Shown here piece by piece: positions 45,611 to 50,337 of a stretch of 50,337 nt of DNA (position 1 is the stretch's first letter; every line of letters begins with the position of its first letter). This DNA is from Acetobacterales bacterium (GTDB lineage: Bacteria; Pseudomonadota; Alphaproteobacteria; Acetobacterales; Acetobacteraceae), in the NCBI GenBank assembly GCA_038229175.1, contig JBBROR010000001.1, positions 1 through 50,337 of the forward strand, in the 5' to 3' direction. A program made the translations under genes and the position numbers. The notes under the pieces are model-generated. The model was given only the letters and a program-made list of their open reading frames with translations, had not been told where the DNA came from and searched no databases.

Positions 45611-48186
45611 CGCTTCCCCTTCTTCGCCGCTGGGTTGAAGTTGGGCCGGCCGGCCTGGTCCGGGAACGTCGCCGCGCACTTGGCTTCCTCGTTCTTGAAG
45701 TTGGAGCAGGACCAAAAGTGCTTGTCGCCATGCGCGATCCGGCGCAGCGATCCGGTTTTGCAAACCGGGCACCCGACCGCCTCGGGCAAGACCAGCTGCG
45801 GCTTGCCGTCTTGATCCTTGAAACGCGCTTCGCACTTCGGATCGGCATTCCATCGGGCGCAGAACCAGTACGGCCCCTTCGCGCCGATCTTGCGGCGCAG
45901 CTTGCCCAGCTTGCAGGTAGGGCAATCCACATCGAGGGGAGGGGTCAGGTCGGGCGCGCCTTTATCGTCCTGGAATTTCGCCTGGCACAGGATCGACTCG
46001 ACGCCCCAATTCGAGCAGTACCAGTACGCGCCGTGGTCGTTGGTCTTGCGGCGTAGTTTGCCGGTGCTGCAGGTCGGGCAGCTGATCGTCGGCGCCACGG
46101 ACTTGTCCGGCGCGCCGTCCTTGTCCGGGAACGTCACATCGCACTTCGGCTCGGCGTTCCAGCGCGAACAGAACCAGAACCAGCCCTTTGTACCCTCCTT
46201 GCGCTTGAGGCGGCCGGCCTCGCACTTCGGGCACGGCTCGCCAGGCGCCGCCGGCAGCGTCATCGGCATTGTCGCCGCCAGCCCCACGATTTCCGTCACC
46301 CAGGCCTCCGTTTCGGCCATGAATGCCTGAAACGCCGCATCGCCTTCCTTGGCGACGCGATCCAGCTTGGCCTTGAACACGCCGGCCGTGGTAGGGTCTT
46401 TCACATCGAGGGGCAGGGCGTCGATCAGCGCCCGCGCAGCTGGTGACGTCATCAGCTTGGGCGAACCTTCCTTGAGGGGCACGATCAGGGCGCGCTCTTT
46501 CAGGTCCGCCACAATGGCGGATCGCGTCGCGCTGGTCCCGATGCCGCTGGTCCCGTCCTCCTGCTTTTTGAGGCGATTGCGCGCCTTTTCGTCCGTGACG
46601 AATTTGTATACGTCGCGCAGGGCCTCGGAAATCATGCCGTCATCGAAACGCTTCGGCGGCGATGTTTTCTTGCTCTTCTGCTCGCACTTCTCGCACAGCG
46701 CATCGTCGCCCTTGGCCATCATCGGCAGGGTCTGGCCCTTGCCTTCTTCGTCGTCGTCGGGCTTCTCTTCGGCCTCGACCTCGGCGTAGATCGCTTTCCA
46801 GCCCTGGGCGACGGGCGTGGCGCCCTTGGCGGTGAACTTCTCGCCGTCCACCATGACCTCGATGCCGGTGGCCAGGTATTCATACGGCTTGGCGAACTGC
46901 GCCAGGTAGGAGCGCACCACCAGCTCGTACACATTGCGCTCGACCTCGGACCAGGCGGCCGGATTGACGGCCGACTCGGGAATGGAGGGCACGATGCCAT
47001 GGTGCGGCGTCCCTTCGACCTTCTTATCATTGAAGGCCTCGGACTTGCGCGACACGTCCAGCTCGGCCGCCAGGCCGGCCAGATCGGGGCGCACCTTGAA
47101 CACGGCCGCCATCACGTCCGCCGCGCCGGCGTGCTGGGCCTCGCTCAAATAGCGGATTGTCGAACGCGGGTAGGACATGACTTTATAGACCTCGTACAGC
47201 GTCTGGCCGGCCGCCAGGACCGCCGCGCCGTCGTAGCCGTACTTCTTGAATGCGTCGATTTGAAGCTCATCCATACCCAACGGCAGCGGCACCTTCTGTT
47301 CCTTCGCCGTCTTGGAGTAGCCCGTAATCTTGGCCGGCTTGCCGGTCAAACGCTTCACCAGGTCGCCGGCCACGGCCGCGTCCACCAGCTTGTTCGCGTC
47401 GTTGAGGCCCAGCTGGTCCTCCTTCGCCTGCCAGTTCGCATTGAAAGTGCCATTGGCATGCTGCACCTTGGCCGATATGGTGAAGTACGGGACGGCCTTG
47501 AATTCCTCAATGGCGCGATCCCGCTCGCGCATGATGTACAGCAGAGGCGTCTGCACGCTACCGACCGACAGCACGCCGCCGTCATAGCCAAGCTCGCGGC
47601 CGCGCAGCGTCATCGCCCGCGTGCCGTTCAGGCCCAGCAGCCAGTCGTACCGACTGCGCGCCGTGCCCCACTTGTGCCAGCCACGGAACAGGGGTTCGCT
47701 GTTGTCGCGGATTCCCGCCAGCGACTGCTTCACCTTCGACTCGTTGTAGTCGTTCACGCACACGCGCTTGACCGGGCCGGTGTAGCCGTAATACTGCAGC
47801 GCTTCATCGACCAGCACCTGGCCCTCTTCGTCGGGGTCGCCCAGGTGATGGACCACGGCGCACGTCTTCAGCAGCTCTTCGAGCTTGTCCAGGCGGCGCT
47901 GCTTGGCCGCCTTCGGGAAAATCACCCATTCCTTCGGAATGATCGGCAAATCGGATTGACGCCAGACCTTATTGCCTTTGCCGGTCTTCGGCACGTCATC
48001 GGGCAAATAGTGGTCCGGCATGGCTTGCTCGAATGCGTGACCATCGAGCCAGATAAACACGTCATTGCCGACGCTGTTATGCGACAGGCCCTTTTGATCC
48101 CAGGCCGATTCCGGTTTGCCAGGTAAGACCTTGGCCACCGCTTCGGCCAAGGATTTTTTTTCAGCGACCCACAATGTCATTGCCAT
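45607..48186 (-). CDS. Type IA DNA topoisomerase (topoisomerase III / TraE-like), 859 aa, with four C-terminal zinc ribbons
   Basis: Toprim MTLWVAEKKSLA...GDPDEEGQ. Active-site region SYPRSTIRYL. Four repeats of CPxCxxGxLxRK...W(F/Y)C(S/A)xW...C. Confidence 0.9.
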   Translation of the reverse strand: MAMTLWVAEKKSLAEAVAKVLPGKPESAWDQKGLSHNSVGNDVFIWLDGHAFEQAMPDHYLPDDVPKTGKGNKVWRQSDLPIIPKEWVIFPKAAKQRRLDKLEELLKTCAVVHHLGDPDEEGQVLVDEALQYYGYTGPVKRVCVNDYNESKVKQSLAGIRDNSEPLFRGWHKWGTARSRYDWLLGLNGTRAMTLRGRELGYDGGVLSVGSVQTPLLYIMRERDRAIEEFKAVPYFTISAKVQHANGTFNANWQAKEDQLGLNDANKLVDAAVAGDLVKRLTGKPAKITGYSKTAKEQKVPLPLGMDELQIDAFKKYGYDGAAVLAAGQTLYEVYKVMSYPRSTIRYLSEAQHAGAADVMAAVFKVRPDLAGLAAELDVSRKSEAFNDKKVEGTPHHGIVPSIPESAVNPAAWSEVERNVYELVVRSYLAQFAKPYEYLATGIEVMVDGEKFTAKGATPVAQGWKAIYAEVEAEEKPDDDEEGKGQTLPMMAKGDDALCEKCEQKSKKTSPPKRFDDGMISEALRDVYKFVTDEKARNRLKKQEDGTSGIGTSATRSAIVADLKERALIVPLKEGSPKLMTSPAARALIDALPLDVKDPTTAGVFKAKLDRVAKEGDAAFQAFMAETEAWVTEIVGLAATMPMTLPAAPGEPCPKCEAGRLKRKEGTKGWFWFCSRWNAEPKCDVTFPDKDGAPDKSVAPTISCPTCSTGKLRRKTNDHGAYWYCSNWGVESILCQAKFQDDKGAPDLTPPLDVDCPTCKLGKLRRKIGAKGPYWFCARWNADPKCEARFKDQDGKPQLVLPEAVGCPVCKTGSLRRIAHGDKHFWSCSNFKNEEAKCAATFPDQAGRPNFNPAAKKGKR

Positions 48187-48197
48187 GGCCAGCTCCT

Positions 48198-48755
48198 TCA
48201 GAACGTAATGAGGGGATAGGCGCGGCTTTGCAGATCGGCGCGGCGCACGGTCCCGTAATAGCGGCTATCCAGCGAGCGCTCGATGTGATTGGCCAGCATG
48301 AAATACTCGCCGCTCTCCATCGTCTTCTTCCAGCCCATCGGCAAGTGCTGGATCGGGCGGCCCTGCGAGTCGGTGTCGAACAGGCGCGAATTGGCCAGCA
48401 ACTGGCCATTGACCCATGTTCCCTTGTCGTCAATGCGTACTTCGTCGCCTGGTATCGCGGCGACCGGCTTGATGACCGGCGCCAGGCCGGCGCCGCAGCG
48501 CGAGCTGGCGGGCAGGTAGCCGCGATCCCGGTAGACGTTCGCCTGGTCCTGGTTCGGGATGCACACGCCCACGACCTCGGCGCGCTTGACCTGATCGAGC
48601 GGGCCGACCAGGTAGACGCCGCGAGGCATCGAGGCGGTCGTATTGACCGCCACGGCGTACCCGGAGGCCCACAGGCCGGCGAAGGCGGCCGACACGACCA
48701 GGACGGCCGCTACCGCGAATTTGCGCTTCTTATCCATTTTCATATTCATGTTCAT
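48198..48755 (-). CDS. traF: Conjugative signal peptidase TraF (S26 family), 185 aa
   Basis: TM anchor, then NTTASMPRGVY (catalytic Ser motif), and YFMLANHIERSLDSRYYG. Confidence 0.85.
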   Translation of the reverse strand: MNMNMKMDKKRKFAVAAVLVVSAAFAGLWASGYAVAVNTTASMPRGVYLVGPLDQVKRAEVVGVCIPNQDQANVYRDRGYLPASSRCGAGLAPVIKPVAAIPGDEVRIDDKGTWVNGQLLANSRLFDTDSQGRPIQHLPMGWKKTMESGEYFMLANHIERSLDSRYYGTVRRADLQSRAYPLITF

Positions 48756-48763
48756 GTCCTCTA

Positions 48764-50337
48764 TCAGTCTTCAGGTGGGGAATCTTCAGGGCCGGCCATG
48801 TCTGGCGGCCCGTCGTCGGGTCCATCGTCATCGTCCAGGCCGGCACTCTCGGCCCTCATTGCGGCTTCTACGCCGGCATCGCCTTCGACCGCTTCGTGGC
48901 CATCGGCTTCGGCCTCGGCGTCGAGCGTGGCCAGCTCTTCGTCCGTGTACGTCACCGGCGCTGGCGCCGATGCAGCGACGGCCGGCGCAGCGACGACGGC
49001 AGCGACGGCCGCAACCACGGCCGCCGGCACGACGGGCGCAGCCGGCGCTGCAGGAGCGGGGGAGGGAGGCGCAGCGACAACAGCGGCCGCCGGCACCACG
49101 GCTGCAGCTGCAGGCGTCGCCTCAGCCGCCGGCGACACCACTTCGCCGTCCGGCCGCAAGAACTGATCGGACTGGCCATCGACCGTTACAAAGCCATCGA
49201 CTTCGGCTTTCGGCCTAGCCGCGACCGCGACCTTCGCCAGGGCGGGGTCGCATGGGATCGGCTTTGGCTTCCCGTCGCCGCGCTGGTACAGACGATCCGA
49301 ATTGCGGGGCGGCTTAATTTTCGAGCGGCCGTCAAAAACAGGGTCTTTGAAATACAGGATTTGCTTGCCGTAGATCGGATTAGCGCCGGCGGGCAAAATG
49401 AGCATGTCGCCAGGCCCGAGAATATTCTTGCCGTCCTCGCTTTTCATCGGCGCCGGAATCCGCAGGCACTCGCTGGGATCGAGCAGCGGGCGGCCCATCA
49501 GCTGCTCATTGGCCATCACATGCATCAAGAGCGGATTCAAGCGGCCGCCCGAGTAGCTGCGCGTGTCGTTGCTGACCGTGGCCGTCCCGGTGTACTTCGA
49601 CAGCAGCTCGGCCGTCTCGAATTTATTGGGCGCGTAGGCAATGCGAATATGCGCGTTCGAGATAATGCTTTCGTCCTTGGTGTAGGCCTTGTAAAGCTGG
49701 GTCAGGTCCTGGGTGATGAGGAAGCATTTCAGGCCGTAGCCGGCAATGAAGGCCAGCGCGGTCTCCATCACTTCGAGCTTCCCGAGCGCCGGGAATTCAT
49801 CGAGCATCAGCAGCATGCGATGCTTGTAGCCGGCGACGCTGCGCCCGTCCTGGAAGTCCATGCTTTCCGTGCGCTGGCGAATGATCTGATTGATGAGCAG
49901 CCGAATCAGCGGGCGCAATCGGGCAATCTCGCCTGGCGGAATGACCAGGTACAACGCGACCGGCGTTTCGTAGTTCATCAGATCATTGATGCGGAATTCG
50001 GACACGGCCGTGTTCATCGCCACGATGGGATCGCGGTACAGCGACAGGAACGACATGGCCGTGGACTGCACGCCCGAGCGCTCGTTTTCGCTCTTGTTGA
50101 GGAACGACCTGGCGGACTCCGCAATGACAGGGTGAACCTTCGTCAGGGCGCCGGTAATGGGATCTTCCCATTTGAACTTGCCGGCCGGGTCATGCTCGGT
50201 ATTGAGCATGGATTCGGCCACCTGTTCGATGGTCATGGTCGGATCGCAGAAGAAGCTGACCAGGCCGCGCAAGGTCTTCGCGCCATCCCGGCCGGCGTAC
50301 AGGATATGCAGCAGCGCGGCCGACAGCAGTTCGTGGC
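48764..50337 (-). CDS. traG: Type IV coupling protein, C-terminal part (continues from 1..1027 through the circular junction)
   Basis: Conserved T4CP blocks LMLDEFPALGKLE and LITQDLTQL. Long Ala/Pro/Val-rich region and an acidic tail. The ORF runs off the right edge, and 50197-50337 duplicates 1-141. Confidence 0.9.
   Translation of the reverse strand, partial: HELLSAALLHILYAGRDGAKTLRGLVSFFCDPTMTIEQVAESMLNTEHDPAGKFKWEDPITGALTKVHPVIAESARSFLNKSENERSGVQSTAMSFLSLYRDPIVAMNTAVSEFRINDLMNYETPVALYLVIPPGEIARLRPLIRLLINQIIRQRTESMDFQDGRSVAGYKHRMLLMLDEFPALGKLEVMETALAFIAGYGLKCFLITQDLTQLYKAYTKDESIISNAHIRIAYAPNKFETAELLSKYTGTATVSNDTRSYSGGRLNPLLMHVMANEQLMGRPLLDPSECLRIPAPMKSEDGKNILGPGDMLILPAGANPIYGKQILYFKDPVFDGRSKIKPPRNSDRLYQRGDGKPKPIPCDPALAKVAVAARPKAEVDGFVTVDGQSDQFLRPDGEVVSPAAEATPAAAAVVPAAAVVAAPPSPAPAAPAAPVVPAAVVAAVAAVVAAPAVAASAPAPVTYTDEELATLDAEAEADGHEAVEGDAGVEAAMRAESAGLDDDDGPDDGPPDMAGPEDSPPED
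50197..50337. repeat. Terminal overlap, copy 2 (identical to 1-141)
   Basis: Direct comparison of both window ends. Confidence 0.95.

Noticed and set aside
44429-45925. Full 498-aa version of the TraB-like ORF extending 315 nt into the topoisomerase gene
   Set aside because: The extension translates to an Arg/Gly/Pro-rich string overlapping the topoisomerase zinc ribbons. ATG 45610 gives ATGA coupling to the topoisomerase stop and begins directly with a TM segment.

Overview
The window is a complete, circularly permuted, GC-rich conjugative plasmid. Nt 1-141 recur exactly at 50197-50337, so the circle is 50196 bp and was linearised inside the traG/virD4 coupling-protein gene. Backbone modules: (i) A Trb/P-type mating-pair-formation operon in Ti/IncP-like order, trbB-C-D-E-J-(K-position)-L-F-G-I, at 29.5-40.6 kb. 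It is followed by two ribbon-helix-helix (RHH) genes and a VirB1-like lytic transglycosylase. (ii) A minus-strand operon traG, traF, topoisomerase III, Lnt-like traB, lipoprotein, hypothetical gene (1027, across the junction, to 43.4 kb). (iii) A minus-strand operon with a VirD2/MOBP-type relaxase (1000 aa), a secreted protein and an ArdC::Toprim primase (1094 aa), running 21.8 to 14.4 kb. (iv) A replication module: an 88-aa protein, the RepA initiator, about eight CTCATAATGRARAAT iterons and an AT-rich stretch. (v) A StbA/StbB(ParA)-like stability operon with an 11-bp-phased repeat array, a serine resolvase and SSB. Accessory cargo: a PspA/IM30-like plus membrane-protein operon, a stand-alone EAL phosphodiesterase operon, a 7-gene operon with a SAM methyltransferase and an OmpA-type lipoprotein, an M48 protease, a SprT-like protease and a zeta-toxin-like kinase pair. 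I recognised no rRNA, tRNA, CRISPR array, IS element or transposase. Most notable observations: (1) A 121-codon, Shine-Dalgarno-led, Cys-rich ORF sits in an alternative frame inside an apparent insertion in the relaxase gene. (2) A roughly 65-80-nt structured repeat occurs three times at module boundaries. (3) Three separate families of short regulatory repeats are present: an 18-nt promoter/operator box at four transfer-operon heads, two 11-bp-phased direct-repeat arrays paired with two paralogous small DNA-binding proteins, and a GCGTGTACACGC palindrome found three times. (4) One beta-rich module is shared by the relaxase, the primase and the zeta-like kinase. (5) A plasmid-borne PspA-like envelope module lies next to the transfer genes. 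All family calls come from reading the translations; no database search was possible.
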